Shown here: positions 1-10,841 of the stretch, one piece after another
How the letters are laid out: every line of letters starts with the position of its first letter
Position numbering within the stretch: the stretch's first letter is position 1
IMG/VR virus record: IMGVR_UViG_3300020197_000017
Location: 4,793 to 68,792 of that record
Source: a virus
Lineage: Duplodnaviria; Caudoviricetes
Strand: one strand, 5' to 3'
Length of the DNA: 64,000 nt
The notes under the pieces: generated by a model
Seen by the model: the letters and a program-made list of their open reading frames with translations, nothing else
Database searches by the model: none
What the model was told of the DNA's origin: nothing
Made by a program: the position numbers and the translations under genes

Positions 1-641
1 AGGTCGTGCACGAGGCCTATGCGGCTGCCGGGTTTCAGAAGGTAGCCGGCGTAGAGCTTCACCTGGTGGGCTACCACCGGGAACCGACGCACACGAACAC
101 CCCCGAGGCGGAGGCCGCCATGGATGAGTGGGCGAGGGGACTACAGGCGCACGTCTCCAGGGTGAGTCCGTACCCGGAACGAAAGCTGTTTGTGAAGAAG
201 GATCCTGGGCTTCGAGGGTTCTTCGGCGGGAAGGTAGACGACCCGGAGGGCTACCGGGCGGCCATCTTGGCGAACAGTGCGGCCCGCAAGGAGTGGGAAG
301 CCAAGAATCCCAGCCCGGCAGGCTACGTGGACCCGGACGAGTACTCACGGGACAGCCGCATCTTGACGCCGCACGCGAAGGAGGTTCATGGCAAGTTCAT
401 GGCCTACACGCTCGGGGCCAGCAAGCTCCCGGTGGGGACCACCGACTTCAACTACACGGACACACCCTATGAGAACCGCCTCTCTCGCGCGGACATCATG
501 AAGCTCCTGGAGCACCATGAGCAGGTCGCGCGTACGGCGACGGAGCCGGGCGCCGCGGAGGCGCACCAGACCTTCCGCGCGCACGCGGACGCCCTGCTGA
601 AGGACCCGCGCATGAAGTTCGCACGACTGGAGTGGACCTGA
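1..641 (+). CDS. Hypothetical protein, possibly 5'-truncated; carries the shared leader ending in KVA (putative head cargo)
   Basis: Frame is open from the window edge (GTG at 6); VHEAYAAAGFQKVAG resembles the N-termini of ORFs 47934 and 56035; TGA stop overlaps the next ATG at 641. Confidence 0.75.
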   Translation, partial: VVHEAYAAAGFQKVAGVELHLVGYHREPTHTNTPEAEAAMDEWARGLQAHVSRVSPYPERKLFVKKDPGLRGFFGGKVDDPEGYRAAILANSAARKEWEAKNPSPAGYVDPDEYSRDSRILTPHAKEVHGKFMAYTLGASKLPVGTTDFNYTDTPYENRLSRADIMKLLEHHEQVARTATEPGAAEAHQTFRAHADALLKDPRMKFARLEWT

Positions 642-1567
642 TGGTTTCCGTCACCTTCGTCGTCACTGATGATGCGATCCCGGCCAACGAGCTGGAGAAC
701 GTCGTCGTGCGCGTCTTCAACGAAGACGGAAGCACCTTCGTCACCCAGGGCACCACCGACGAGGACGGGGAGCTCGTCCTGGAGCTGGACGACGCCACGA
801 CCTACTGGGTGCGCTTCTTCAAGATCGGGTACGCCTTCGACTCCAAGCTCACCATCGACGTGGACTCGGGGGCGAGCTCCAACACGTTCGACGTCGAGGC
901 GCAGGACCTCACCGTGCTGTCTCCGTCGACGGTGCCCGAACTCTGCAAGGCGGCCGGATACGTCGGGGGCGGTGACCTCCACCCGCGTGCAGGGATCCAC
1001 TTCACCTTCATGCTGACAGGGCGTCCTCGCGTGGTGGCGGGGCGTCCGATGGTGCTGCAGGACCTGGTGGTGGTCACGGACGCGGACGGGTGGCTCGAAG
1101 TCGAGCTGGTGCGTAACGGCGTCTACGACTGCGTCATCGAGGACCAGGACGACTGCGTGTACCGTGTGCGCGTCCCCGACCGCTGGTCCGTCTCCATCAC
1201 CGACCTGATCTGGCCCTACCTCTCCGAGCTCGTCTACGAGGAGGACGACGAACCCGTCACGAGCGTGACGGTGACCATCGGGGAGCCCTTGGAGATCGAC
1301 GCGTACGTCATCTTCTCGAGTGGCGTGCAGACCCCGTTCAAGCTCGACGGGGACAAGACGTCCAGGGACGTCGGGGACTACATCGCGTACACCTTCAGCG
1401 ACGAGGCTCCCGCCATCATCGAGATCTCGGAGGGCGTCATGACCATCACGGGCGTCGTCGCTGGATCGACCGTTCTCACGGCGACCGTCCGCCCCGACCT
1501 CGAGGCGGAGCGGCTGCCAGAGCCCACGCGCACCCTGCCGACGCTGACCATCACGGTCGTGGAGTAG
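641..1567 (+). CDS. Acidic beta-rich virion structural protein (Ig/prealbumin-like folds likely)
   Basis: ATG at 641 overlaps the previous stop; GTTDEDGELVL pattern, Thr/Val/Asp-rich, GC3-rich codons; structural block context. Confidence 0.7.
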   Translation: MVSVTFVVTDDAIPANELENVVVRVFNEDGSTFVTQGTTDEDGELVLELDDATTYWVRFFKIGYAFDSKLTIDVDSGASSNTFDVEAQDLTVLSPSTVPELCKAAGYVGGGDLHPRAGIHFTFMLTGRPRVVAGRPMVLQDLVVVTDADGWLEVELVRNGVYDCVIEDQDDCVYRVRVPDRWSVSITDLIWPYLSELVYEEDDEPVTSVTVTIGEPLEIDAYVIFSSGVQTPFKLDGDKTSRDVGDYIAYTFSDEAPAIIEISEGVMTITGVVAGSTVLTATVRPDLEAERLPEPTRTLPTLTITVVE

Positions 1568-1570
1568 TCG

Positions 1571-3004
1571 ATGGGAAGCTCCCTGCCCGCCTCCGACCTC
1601 CTCGACGCCGCGCAACGCGTCTCAAGCGCGAAGGTCGGGTCCTCTCGTGGGGCCGGTGGTTCTCGCTCGACCGACGCCGAGTGGGAGGCGATGCGCGGGA
1701 AGCTGGCGCGTGCTCTTGTGGCCGACCCGGACCTCGTGACCTACTTCGCCTACTTGGTGTCGAACCGGGCGTGCCTGCTGGCACAGCAGGTGGCCAAGGT
1801 GCTGAGCTCCATGGTCGTCTCGGTGGAGGGGTGGAAGTTCGAGCAGGACACTCCGGCGACCCCTGACCGACTGAACCGCGTACTGACTGCGGTCTCCGGC
1901 CGCTCCACGCTCTCGAGCGAGGACGTCTCCCGCCTCACGACCGAGATCAAGGCATACATCGAGGCCGAGCTGCTGCCGAAGGTCACCAAAGGCTCGCGCC
2001 TGCAGGTGAAGGGGACGACGGCTGTGACGACCTACAGTTCCGCGCGGGCCACGCTGCTGCCGCTGTGGCGGAAGATGTTCGACGCACTCGACGCGACCAC
2101 CGATCGCCGAGACTTCGTCCTGGCAGATGTGCGGAACGTGGCGCTGCGGGTCCCAGTCGACGCGCTGGAGGCCACGGCAGCATTGAGCGACCCGACGCAG
2201 CTGGTCGAGTTCACCGTGCAGCTCGCCGCGGCGGGCGCCGCGGTCGAGGCGATGGGGCGAGAGGTGGACCTGCAGACCCGTCTGCAGACCTACGCGCCCG
2301 TGTTCCCGCCCGAGACCTCTGCCAGGACCACCGACACCCTGACGGACGGCTACGTCACGACGATCGCGATCTCCGTATCGCCGGTGGCGCTCGGGATCCG
2401 CTCCGGCGACACGGTCGTCGCAGCCAGTGGGGGGTCGGCCGATGTGCGCACGGTGTCGGACACCGAGATCACGCTCGGGTCCTCGACCATCACGTCGACG
2501 GCTACCGGCGTCGCCGTGAAGTCCACGGCCTACCTGCAGTGGAAGGCCCTTTGCGAGGAGCTCACCCCCACGTACTCGGCGTTGCCGCTGACCGAGACGT
2601 TCCTGAAGCAGATCCAGCAGCGCGAGGACCGTAGCGCGGCGCGGATCCGCGCCTTGATGGAGTTCCTCTGCAAGAACGCCGTCGTGCTCGACGCCGCCTC
2701 CTCGGATGCGACAGCCGCGCTCGACCGTGTTGGAGGCGAGCTCTATGTCCCCTCCGGAGCGTCGGCCGCCACGCTCCTCCGGAACTTCGCCCCGTTCTTC
2801 AGCGCCAGGACGAAGCGGGCGGGCGACAGGCTGCTCCAGGAACTGGAGGGCGGCGGGTTCGACCATGCCGTCGAGCTCCTCTACCGTGGACGGATCACAG
2901 AGCTGATGACCGCGCAGGCCAGCCAGATGTCCCGCTCCGGACGTCTGGACGACGTCGTGGCTACTCTGTCCGCCTACACTGGAGGTCTCCGTGGGGTGGG
3001 ATGA
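1571..3004 (+). CDS. Hypothetical protein (tail/baseplate block)
   Basis: 477-aa ORF with typical codon bias, tightly packed with neighbours. Confidence 0.75.
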   Translation: MGSSLPASDLLDAAQRVSSAKVGSSRGAGGSRSTDAEWEAMRGKLARALVADPDLVTYFAYLVSNRACLLAQQVAKVLSSMVVSVEGWKFEQDTPATPDRLNRVLTAVSGRSTLSSEDVSRLTTEIKAYIEAELLPKVTKGSRLQVKGTTAVTTYSSARATLLPLWRKMFDALDATTDRRDFVLADVRNVALRVPVDALEATAALSDPTQLVEFTVQLAAAGAAVEAMGREVDLQTRLQTYAPVFPPETSARTTDTLTDGYVTTIAISVSPVALGIRSGDTVVAASGGSADVRTVSDTEITLGSSTITSTATGVAVKSTAYLQWKALCEELTPTYSALPLTETFLKQIQQREDRSAARIRALMEFLCKNAVVLDAASSDATAALDRVGGELYVPSGASAATLLRNFAPFFSARTKRAGDRLLQELEGGGFDHAVELLYRGRITELMTAQASQMSRSGRLDDVVATLSAYTGGLRGVG

Positions 3005-3326
3005 TGCGCGTGAGAAGGTTTCGCAAGCCCTCTCCCTGGTGCGAGCCCGGGACGTGGCGGCACGTGGTACGAACACCACTCTCGAGATCGCCATCCTCGA
3101 GGCAATCGTCGACCTCGACTCTGCCCAGACCGACGCGGTCGACACGCTCGGCGCGGGTAACCTGATCGAGTACTCGGACGACGGCAACGTCCGCCCGGGA
3201 CGTCTCCAGCAGCTCGATGCCCTCGAGGTGACCTTCTTCGGCGAGGACAGAACGGGCAAGACGGATGGCCTTTTCGTGCAGCTGCGTGAGCTGCCGGATC
3301 CCGAGTCCGAGGCGGAGGGACTGTGA
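2991..3326 (+). CDS. Hypothetical protein
   Basis: 111-aa ORF, GGAGG upstream of GTG, GTGA overlap with next gene. Confidence 0.7.
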   Translation: MGWDDAREKVSQALSLVRARDVAARGTNTTLEIAILEAIVDLDSAQTDAVDTLGAGNLIEYSDDGNVRPGRLQQLDALEVTFFGEDRTGKTDGLFVQLRELPDPESEAEGL

Positions 3327-3970
3327 CGGCCTTCGACTACCAGGTCCTCGCGTTCAACGACGAGGCCCCGCTGCGACAGATCGGGTTCTACAGTCAGCAG
3401 CCCCTGACCCTGGACATCCGCGGCGAGTCGTTCGTGGGCGTCTCGCTGGTACTCATCAACGGGATCCCCTCCCCCGAGTACGTCATCATGTCTCCGCGCC
3501 GCATCCTGGCGCAGGTGCCCTCCTCGCAACTGGATGCCCAGCTGACGAGCGTACGGGTGCTGCTGGCCCGCACGGGGCAGACGCCCACGTCGGTCATCTC
3601 GATGCTGTCGGTCGTACCCGGTTCCCGCGCATCGGGCTTCACCAAGCTGCTGCAGGCGTTCCTCCGCGTCCTCTTCACCAATCCGGGCGAGGACATGGAG
3701 AACCCGTGGCTCGGTGGAGGCCTGGGCAAGCTGGTCGGGTCCGCCGGTACGCCGTCCGAGCTCAGCTCCAAGGCCTCGGTCGGCGTCAACTCCGCCGCGC
3801 AGCATCTTCTTCGCCTGCAGGCGGCCAACCCTGTACTCACAGACGCCGAGCGGCTACGGTCTGCTACGCTGCTACTCGCCGAGTACGACAGCGCAACCAC
3901 CTCCGTGAACGTGCGCGTCACGCTCACCGCAGTAGACGGCACCACCGGCAAACCCCTCGTGAGCGTGTAG
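3323..3970 (+). CDS. Baseplate wedge / sheath initiator, gp25 (GPW)-like with N-terminal Ig-like extension
   Basis: C-terminal half LRVLFTNPGEDMENPWLGGGLGKLVG fits the gp25 pattern L-x-T-x-x-GE-x-x-x-x-P-x-x-G-x-x-L; lies directly upstream of baseplate J-like gene. Confidence 0.7.
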   Translation: MTAFDYQVLAFNDEAPLRQIGFYSQQPLTLDIRGESFVGVSLVLINGIPSPEYVIMSPRRILAQVPSSQLDAQLTSVRVLLARTGQTPTSVISMLSVVPGSRASGFTKLLQAFLRVLFTNPGEDMENPWLGGGLGKLVGSAGTPSELSSKASVGVNSAAQHLLRLQAANPVLTDAERLRSATLLLAEYDSATTSVNVRVTLTAVDGTTGKPLVSV

Positions 3971-3973
3971 ACC

Positions 3974-6900
3974 ATGGCCAACACCCAGTCCCAGGCGGAG
4001 GCGATCCGCGATCTCCTGGTCGAGCGCCTCGAGCTGTTCGACTCGTCGTTGGACACCTCGGAGGGTTCTGCGCTCTGGACGCAGGTCATCGCGCCCGTCT
4101 TCGCCCAGATGGGCACGGATCCCTTCGACACGGACATCCGGACCTTCCTGAAGGATCGTGTCACGCAGTCCTTCCCGACGGTCTCCGCCCAGGAAGGAGA
4201 CGCGCTCGCAGACCTGCTCATCACGCCTCTCGAGGTGCTGATGGAGCCACTGAAGCGCGAGATCCAGATCGTTCGCACAGGACAGTCCGCCCGCTACCCC
4301 GAGCAGATGCGGCTCGAAGACGCGCGTGACCTCGCCGCGAACTTCTTCATCGAGTGGAACAGCGGCTCCAGGGCAACGGGCGTCGTGCGCATCTACTTCT
4401 CGGCTCCCACCTACCTGCAGATCCTGCCGACGACCGAGTTCTCGACGGCCAGCGGGCTGATCTTCTACCCGAGCTCGGCCCAGACCGTCCGCCCGGAGAC
4501 GATGATCCTGTTCCGGTCAGGGACCGAGTACTACGTCGACGTGCCGCTCACCTCGGCCGACACGGGGAGCGCGTACTCCGTCGCAAAGGGTTCGATCACC
4601 AGCGTCAAGGGGATCACCGGCTACACGCGCCTGGCCAACCTCACCGACTTCGCTGGAGGGGCAGACGCGGAGACCACGACAGAGCTGCTGAAGCGGGTCC
4701 GCTCGAGCCTCACGGAACGCACGCTCAACGTCCGTCGAGGCATCGTGGCGCGCATCGAGACGGACTTCGCCGCGGTCTCGGACGTCGAGGTGGTCGGCTA
4801 CGGTGACCCAGAGATGCAGCGTGACATCGTCACGGGCGGCGGGGAGGGCTCCGTCATCGCCAGCGGTGTTTGCATCATCGTCGGGCAGTTCGTGCTGATG
4901 TTCTCGACGTTCGAGAACCGGGGCAACGACGGACTGACGCAGATCTCCGAGGGGGACGAGATCGAGCTGAACTTCTGGAGCTTCCTCTACTCCACGGAGA
5001 CGGGCGCCGCGAACGAGAAGTTCACGATCGACACCATCCTCTTCGACTCGCGGAACAGCATCACGGAGATGCCCTCCATCCTGCTGTTCCGCATCAGCAA
5101 CGTCCCGTCCGTCACAGCCCCGGTGGCTGGCATGCTCCCCGGGGTCCTCCCCGGCGTCTTCGCTGTGGTCCGGACCACGGGCAAGATCGAGATCTCCGAC
5201 ATCCCCGGAGGCATCACCAACCCCAACACGGTGCGCGGAACGATCGAGATCAACGACAACGAGATCCACATCGGCGGGCACTACGACGTGTGGCTGCGTA
5301 CCTCGAACACTACGGAGAGCTCGGCCACGATGGAGGACATCCGCTCCGAGAGCGCCCTCGTCGAGGGTTCGGACCTCGTGGTGGCTGGTGAGAGTGACCA
5401 CTACCGCCACATCGTCCATAGGAAGTACACCGTGTCGAGCACGTCGTCCTTCCGGCTGGACGGCGCACTCGTCTGCGCGGTCACCGGGGCCCGCGCGACC
5501 ATCGCGAGGGTGTCGTCGGCGTCTGGCACCTACACGTACGAGCTCTGGGAGTCGAACGGGGTCCTCTTCGCGGTCAGCGACTCGGTCACGGACGGCACGA
5601 CGACCGGTACGCTCACCGCGGTGGCCTACTCGGATTGGGAGGATGCCGGCGTCGAGCGCGGCATGGTGCTCGCCCTGCCGCGCGGCAACGAGGAGGGCTC
5701 GTACCGGATCCTGAAGGTCGACGGACCATTCCTCTACCTGGACATCAACCTCACGACGACGGACAAGGCCCAGCTCTTCCGGGTGCTGAGCGAGGTCTCC
5801 CTCGACCTGTTCAACACGAAGTCGATCATCGTGCCTTTCGGGGACGCCGATGGGCGCGACCTGGGCACCACCATCGGCTCGACCACCGTTCGTACCGGCA
5901 TCAACCTGCAGGACTACGGGGCGGTCGAGGGAGACACCCTGGAGATCCTCTCGGGGGACGACCAAGGGGCGTACACCATTTCGGAGTGGTCGAGCTTCGG
6001 GGGTACGGGACCCGTCCTCAGCTCGGTGATGTCCGCGACGAACTCCAACCTCGAGTACCGCGTGTACCGCGCGACGCAGCCGGTCGAACGCCCCCTGTTG
6101 CGCGTACTCCCGGACGGCGTGGTGCTGCTCGACGGCGCGGGACAGGACAGCGGGTACAAGATTCCCAACGCCGTCCCTGTGGATGCGCGCCCCGTGCACG
6201 CCTACTCCGGCGCGAAGGCGCTCTCGCAGGGGCTCAACGGTTTCGTCCTGATGGACCCGGGCTCCGGCTGGGCACCCACCGAGGACTACGCAACAGACAT
6301 CTCTGGCTACGACTGGGCGAGCTGGACCGGCGGCAGCTTCGAGGATTTCTACACGGGGGACGAGCTCACCTTCCGGCGGTCCTACACGGACGAGTCTCTG
6401 CCGAGTGATGGCTACATCGCAGTCATCTCCGTGCACGGCAGCAACGGGCAGATGTACCTGGACTCGAACCTCCCCGACAACGCCAAGAACTTCCTGTCGA
6501 GCATGCGGGAGTGGCTGCTCGACATCATCTCGACGTTCGGGTTCGGGGGTGACGAGGAGGAGCTCGTCAACGCGTTCAGTCCCATCAAGTTCGGACCGAA
6601 CGAGGACACGGCGTTGCCGCTGATCCTGCAGTTCGAGATCATCATCCCCTACGAGGTCTTCGACGGCTGCAACAACGTGTTCGTGGCCCTGCCGGAGTTC
6701 GACTGGGAGAACGAGTTCGCAGACGCAGACACGTTCAACGAGGCCATCGGGCGCTTCAACGATGGCGACATGACTGGACGGGACCCGGCGCTGCTGAAGG
6801 CCTCGCGGGGAGACGTCCTCACGGTCCTGAGTGGCCTCAACACTGGCTCCTACGTCATCGAGCGGGTCGAGGCGTACTACCTCATCAACGGCGGCGCCGT

Positions 6901-9900
6901 GGTGGACGGTGGCGGGTCCATCAACCTCGATGCCGCGTACAAGGTGGGCTTGGTCGTCATTCGGGACGAGTTCCCGGTCCCGGCACTGCAGGGTCTCCCC
7001 GAGTTCTTCAAGGGCGGTTCCGTGCCGTGGGGACTACCTGCCGTCACAGACCTGCCCTTCACGGTCACCGACGAGGACGGCAACCCCGTCGTCGGGTGGG
7101 ACTGGGTCGAGCAGGCGCTGACCTGGTTCTTCCGGACGCTCAACAGACTGGGCTTCGACCTCCCCGAGGACGTGTCGCTCGACGTGCCTGAGACGCTGAA
7201 GGCGTTCTGGCAGATGCTCTTCAGCAGCTATGCGGTCGGTCGCCCGACCGCGCCGCAGTACCTGCGCCTCTACTTCCAGGAGCCGACGAGCTGCACGGTC
7301 TACGCTCCCACACCCTGCGCGCGGTACCAATGGGCGCTGCCCTCGCTGACGACTGCGGAGGTCGAGGGCACAGGGATCACGCTCCCCCTTCCGGACCTCG
7401 ATGGGATGACCGTCTCTGTGGAGGTGGAGCGACTGTCTGGGTCGACCACGCTGTCCGGTACCATGATGGCCGACTTCGGCACGGCCGCGACGCTGGAGGA
7501 ACTCGCCGAGCTCCTCCAGACGCTCCTCGACCCCGGCGAGGAGTACCTCCTCGTCTCGGGCCCGGCTACCCCCACCGGGGCGCTCACGCTCACCCAGGTG
7601 GTGGGCGGCGTGGACGAGTACGTCTACGTCTCCGCCATCGACCTCACGGCCGGCATGCGCGTGCTCGGGTTCTACGGGCCCGCCCCCGCGAAGTTTCCGG
7701 AGCTCAAGACCTCCACCAGCTGCTCCATCGCCTACGAACGGATCACGGTCGGCGCAGGCACCGCCCTCGCCTTCGGTCTCGAGATCGAGACCGACCTCAC
7801 CCACCTGACGCCTGTGGCTGCTTTCAACGGCACCTTCGAGCTCGGGGAGACTGTGACGTCGAGCGGCGGAGCCACAGGCGTCGTGTGGGCCATCGCGGAC
7901 GACACCACGGACGCGGTACTCGGACACCTGTGGTTGGTCGAGGTCACCGGCGTCTTTGCTGCCGCGGAGACGGTGACCGGGGACGATAGTGGCGCCACCT
8001 TCGTGATCAGCGTGGCTGACGAGACGGCCACAATCGTGGACACCAACGTCACGGACGGCGTCGACGACATCACGCGGACCTTCGAGGAAGTCGCGACGAT
8101 GTTCCAGGCGGAGATCATCGCCTCTGTCGAGTTCAACGTCACTGCGGGTGCGGCGGCCGACTACGACGTGATCGAGATTTCCCCGACGCTCGCGATCACC
8201 GTCGAGTTCGAGGACAGGTCTGGAACGGGGGCCGGACCGGGGCGGTTCGTCTTCTCGGTCGAGGACACCGACCACGTCGACCTGGTCACCGGGATCAACA
8301 TCGACAGCCCGATGAGCGGCACGCTGACCGACTTCGCGATCACCTACGTCAACTCGACGCTGCCGGCGACGACGAACTCGACCACGCTCAACGGCATGGA
8401 CTACGACCCGACGGTGTCGCTGCTTGAGATCACCGTCAGCGACGGTACCACGCCGGTCGTACTGGCGCCGTCGCTGACCTACTGGGAGGCTCTCGCGTTC
8501 AAGATCGCGGTCCAGGACCTCATCGACGCCGGCGACTTCGAGGGAGCGGCCCAGGTATTGAACGCGGACACGGACTGGTGCGAGAGCAGCGGAACCCGCT
8601 ACGTCCTCTGGGTGGACGGCGACACGGGGCTCGTGGCGCGCGGCATCGTCGGTGGGACGGCGTCCTCGATCAGTCTGACGAACCACACGACCTTCGGCTT
8701 CGCGACTGCCAGCGCGACTGGCAGCAGCTCCGTGTCGTGGATGGTGCAAGGAGCCACTGAGCCCGGCGAGACTCAGGCGGCCTTCCAGCACCCGCACGCA
8801 CCGACGCTCTTCTCGACTGCGGTGGGGGCCGTGGAGCTCCTCTTCACGCCGTCGGACGAGGCGACTCCCTACCAGGTCTTCCCGGGGCAGACGAGCACCG
8901 GCGACACGGCGACGGTGGACCTTCCGCGTGACCTGGTCGTCGGCTCGCCCTACGAGGGGCAGCTGTCGGTGGAGGTCCGGTTCACGGACGCCGACTACGC
9001 ATCGCCGATCGAGCTCGACATCCGCGAGGAGTCCGATTGGCTCTACGTCTACGAGCAGCGGCGGCTCCTCGAGCACACCAGCTACGAGGCGTCGGACACG
9101 GACGTCTCGAGCGACCGAGTCTCCGCTGTCGTCACCTCCTTCGGCTCGAACAAGGTGCAGCTGCTCAACATGAGCAGTATCGGGCTGTCCGACGAGTTCA
9201 CCTTCCTCGCCCCCAACACCGGGCTCGACGGGGACCAGGTGCAGGTGGGCGACGTCCTCTTCATCGAGGAGGGGGACGACCTGGGCGGCTACACCGTCAC
9301 CGAGCGGTCAGCTTACGAGCTCGTGCTCGACAAGAACCTCACCGTTAGCTCCGGGCGGATCTACCGCTACGGGAACGACGGCATACTGGTACTCGGCGGC
9401 ACGCCCAAGGTCACCTCGCCGACCGCGGCCTTCACGAACGACGACATCGGGAGGTACCTCACGATCTGGTTGTCCAACCGCGAGAACGTGGACGGCAGCT
9501 ACAAGATCACGGCGGTGGAGACGGATGGCTCAGGCTGCACCCTCGAGGGCGACCCCTTCACGCTGGAGGAGGCCGACCTCCACTGGGCGGTCGTGAAGGC
9601 CCCGACGGAGACCGTCGGGGCGTCGGAGACGGGTGGGCGTTCCGCACTCGTAGGCCTCCGTCCGGTGCGCATCTACAGCGGGGAGCCGACCAAGCTCCAG
9701 ATCGTGAAGGTGAGTCCCACCCTCGATCGTGCGGAGGCCGCGGTTTACACCACGGTCGACGAGGACCTGTCGCCTCCCAGGAGCGGTGTGCGCCAGCCCT
9801 ACAAGGTTGTCCGGCCCGGAACGCAGCACATCTCGGCGACCGCGATGAACGAACAGCGGTCTCGGGGGCTGTACTACTTCGACGTCCTCACCACCTCGCT

Positions 9901-10606
9901 TGGCGGGGACGATGTCTACAACCTCCCGCGCGACGTGAAGATGGAGCCGGTCTTCGGGACGTACGACTCCTACGGGTACCGCATCGACGTGACCGACAGC
10001 CGTTTCAGCTTCTCCACGAGGGAGGAGGCGTCCCTGGTGCTCTCGTCGGTGTTCTTGCCCAACGGGCTCGATGACCAGCTGAGCAACTTCATCGCGCTGA
10101 ACGGCCGTAGTATCCGGCTCGACTACGAGTACGCCCCCACCGTCGCCGAGGTTCAGAGCCTGCTGCTCTCCGACGACAACCGAGTCCTCTGCGCAGACCC
10201 GCTCGCGCGGCACTTCCTGCCGGCCTACGTCTCGCTGGACATCACCTACGTGGGCGGCAACAAGACGTCGACGGTTGCCGGTGCGCTGTCGGACTACGTC
10301 AACGGCCTGAGCGCCGTCGATGAGCTGGACCTCGCAGAGCTCGAGCGCATCCTACACAACAACGGGGTCGCGAAGTACGATCACCCCATCCGGCTGATCA
10401 CGCTGACCCACGACCTCGACCGCCGCATCGTGGGTACGCAGGCGGAGGATCGAATCAACGACGACAACATCGCCTACAACGGCACGAACAGGACCACGTT
10501 CTTCATCGCAGGCACCGACGCGTCGACCTTCAGCGCGGAGGAGGATGTGCCGCCTGGTGCGCGGATCTGGCTGGTCCGGGAGTCCTCACGCTCGACGTTC
10601 AGGTGA
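3974..10606 (+). CDS. Giant baseplate J (gp6)-like protein with large internal insertion
   Basis: N-terminal GSRATGVVRIYF...TGSAYSVAKGSIT...NLTDFAGGADAETTTELLKRVR is the baseplate J signature; C-terminal VSLDITY...LSDYVNGL fits the J C-terminal domain; 2210 aa. Confidence 0.85.
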   Translation: MANTQSQAEAIRDLLVERLELFDSSLDTSEGSALWTQVIAPVFAQMGTDPFDTDIRTFLKDRVTQSFPTVSAQEGDALADLLITPLEVLMEPLKREIQIVRTGQSARYPEQMRLEDARDLAANFFIEWNSGSRATGVVRIYFSAPTYLQILPTTEFSTASGLIFYPSSAQTVRPETMILFRSGTEYYVDVPLTSADTGSAYSVAKGSITSVKGITGYTRLANLTDFAGGADAETTTELLKRVRSSLTERTLNVRRGIVARIETDFAAVSDVEVVGYGDPEMQRDIVTGGGEGSVIASGVCIIVGQFVLMFSTFENRGNDGLTQISEGDEIELNFWSFLYSTETGAANEKFTIDTILFDSRNSITEMPSILLFRISNVPSVTAPVAGMLPGVLPGVFAVVRTTGKIEISDIPGGITNPNTVRGTIEINDNEIHIGGHYDVWLRTSNTTESSATMEDIRSESALVEGSDLVVAGESDHYRHIVHRKYTVSSTSSFRLDGALVCAVTGARATIARVSSASGTYTYELWESNGVLFAVSDSVTDGTTTGTLTAVAYSDWEDAGVERGMVLALPRGNEEGSYRILKVDGPFLYLDINLTTTDKAQLFRVLSEVSLDLFNTKSIIVPFGDADGRDLGTTIGSTTVRTGINLQDYGAVEGDTLEILSGDDQGAYTISEWSSFGGTGPVLSSVMSATNSNLEYRVYRATQPVERPLLRVLPDGVVLLDGAGQDSGYKIPNAVPVDARPVHAYSGAKALSQGLNGFVLMDPGSGWAPTEDYATDISGYDWASWTGGSFEDFYTGDELTFRRSYTDESLPSDGYIAVISVHGSNGQMYLDSNLPDNAKNFLSSMREWLLDIISTFGFGGDEEELVNAFSPIKFGPNEDTALPLILQFEIIIPYEVFDGCNNVFVALPEFDWENEFADADTFNEAIGRFNDGDMTGRDPALLKASRGDVLTVLSGLNTGSYVIERVEAYYLINGGAVVDGGGSINLDAAYKVGLVVIRDEFPVPALQGLPEFFKGGSVPWGLPAVTDLPFTVTDEDGNPVVGWDWVEQALTWFFRTLNRLGFDLPEDVSLDVPETLKAFWQMLFSSYAVGRPTAPQYLRLYFQEPTSCTVYAPTPCARYQWALPSLTTAEVEGTGITLPLPDLDGMTVSVEVERLSGSTTLSGTMMADFGTAATLEELAELLQTLLDPGEEYLLVSGPATPTGALTLTQVVGGVDEYVYVSAIDLTAGMRVLGFYGPAPAKFPELKTSTSCSIAYERITVGAGTALAFGLEIETDLTHLTPVAAFNGTFELGETVTSSGGATGVVWAIADDTTDAVLGHLWLVEVTGVFAAAETVTGDDSGATFVISVADETATIVDTNVTDGVDDITRTFEEVATMFQAEIIASVEFNVTAGAAADYDVIEISPTLAITVEFEDRSGTGAGPGRFVFSVEDTDHVDLVTGINIDSPMSGTLTDFAITYVNSTLPATTNSTTLNGMDYDPTVSLLEITVSDGTTPVVLAPSLTYWEALAFKIAVQDLIDAGDFEGAAQVLNADTDWCESSGTRYVLWVDGDTGLVARGIVGGTASSISLTNHTTFGFATASATGSSSVSWMVQGATEPGETQAAFQHPHAPTLFSTAVGAVELLFTPSDEATPYQVFPGQTSTGDTATVDLPRDLVVGSPYEGQLSVEVRFTDADYASPIELDIREESDWLYVYEQRRLLEHTSYEASDTDVSSDRVSAVVTSFGSNKVQLLNMSSIGLSDEFTFLAPNTGLDGDQVQVGDVLFIEEGDDLGGYTVTERSAYELVLDKNLTVSSGRIYRYGNDGILVLGGTPKVTSPTAAFTNDDIGRYLTIWLSNRENVDGSYKITAVETDGSGCTLEGDPFTLEEADLHWAVVKAPTETVGASETGGRSALVGLRPVRIYSGEPTKLQIVKVSPTLDRAEAAVYTTVDEDLSPPRSGVRQPYKVVRPGTQHISATAMNEQRSRGLYYFDVLTTSLGGDDVYNLPRDVKMEPVFGTYDSYGYRIDVTDSRFSFSTREEASLVLSSVFLPNGLDDQLSNFIALNGRSIRLDYEYAPTVAEVQSLLLSDDNRVLCADPLARHFLPAYVSLDITYVGGNKTSTVAGALSDYVNGLSAVDELDLAELERILHNNGVAKYDHPIRLITLTHDLDRRIVGTQAEDRINDDNIAYNGTNRTTFFIAGTDASTFSAEEDVPPGARIWLVRESSRSTFR

Positions 10607-10841
10607 GGCGACCATGGCGCGCACAGAACTTCTCGTACCGCACCCCATCCTCATCGAAGACCCGGCTCGGGTCCTGCGGTACCCTGGGAGTCAGGAACTC
10701 CTCGCACCCGGGCTGCGGGCACCGCAGCTTGGAGATCTCCGTGCGGCGCTCGGCGTCGATCTTCCGCAGCTGATCGCTCCGAGACTCGTGCCCGTGCAGG
10801 AGTTCGCGTACAACGTCCGGATGGAGTACCTGTAACGCCAT
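10599..10841 (-). CDS. Small Zn-finger-like protein (80 aa), antisense within the structural block
   Basis: MALQVLHPD...CPQPGC...FCARH; GGGAGA SD-like upstream; codon usage favours the - strand over the + strand shadow ORF. Confidence 0.65.
   Translation of the reverse strand: MALQVLHPDVVRELLHGHESRSDQLRKIDAERRTEISKLRCPQPGCEEFLTPRVPQDPSRVFDEDGVRYEKFCARHGRLT

Noticed and set aside
1622-9076. Long - strand ORFs (1622-3805, 4517-6436, 7034-9076) and similar ones elsewhere, e.g. + strand 34679-36817
   Set aside because: Antisense shadows of GC3-biased real genes; no recognisable motifs
10545-10835. + strand ORF filling the gap after baseplate J
   Set aside because: Codons look like reverse complements of preferred codons; the - strand ORF has an SD and a Cys/His motif (not fully excluded)
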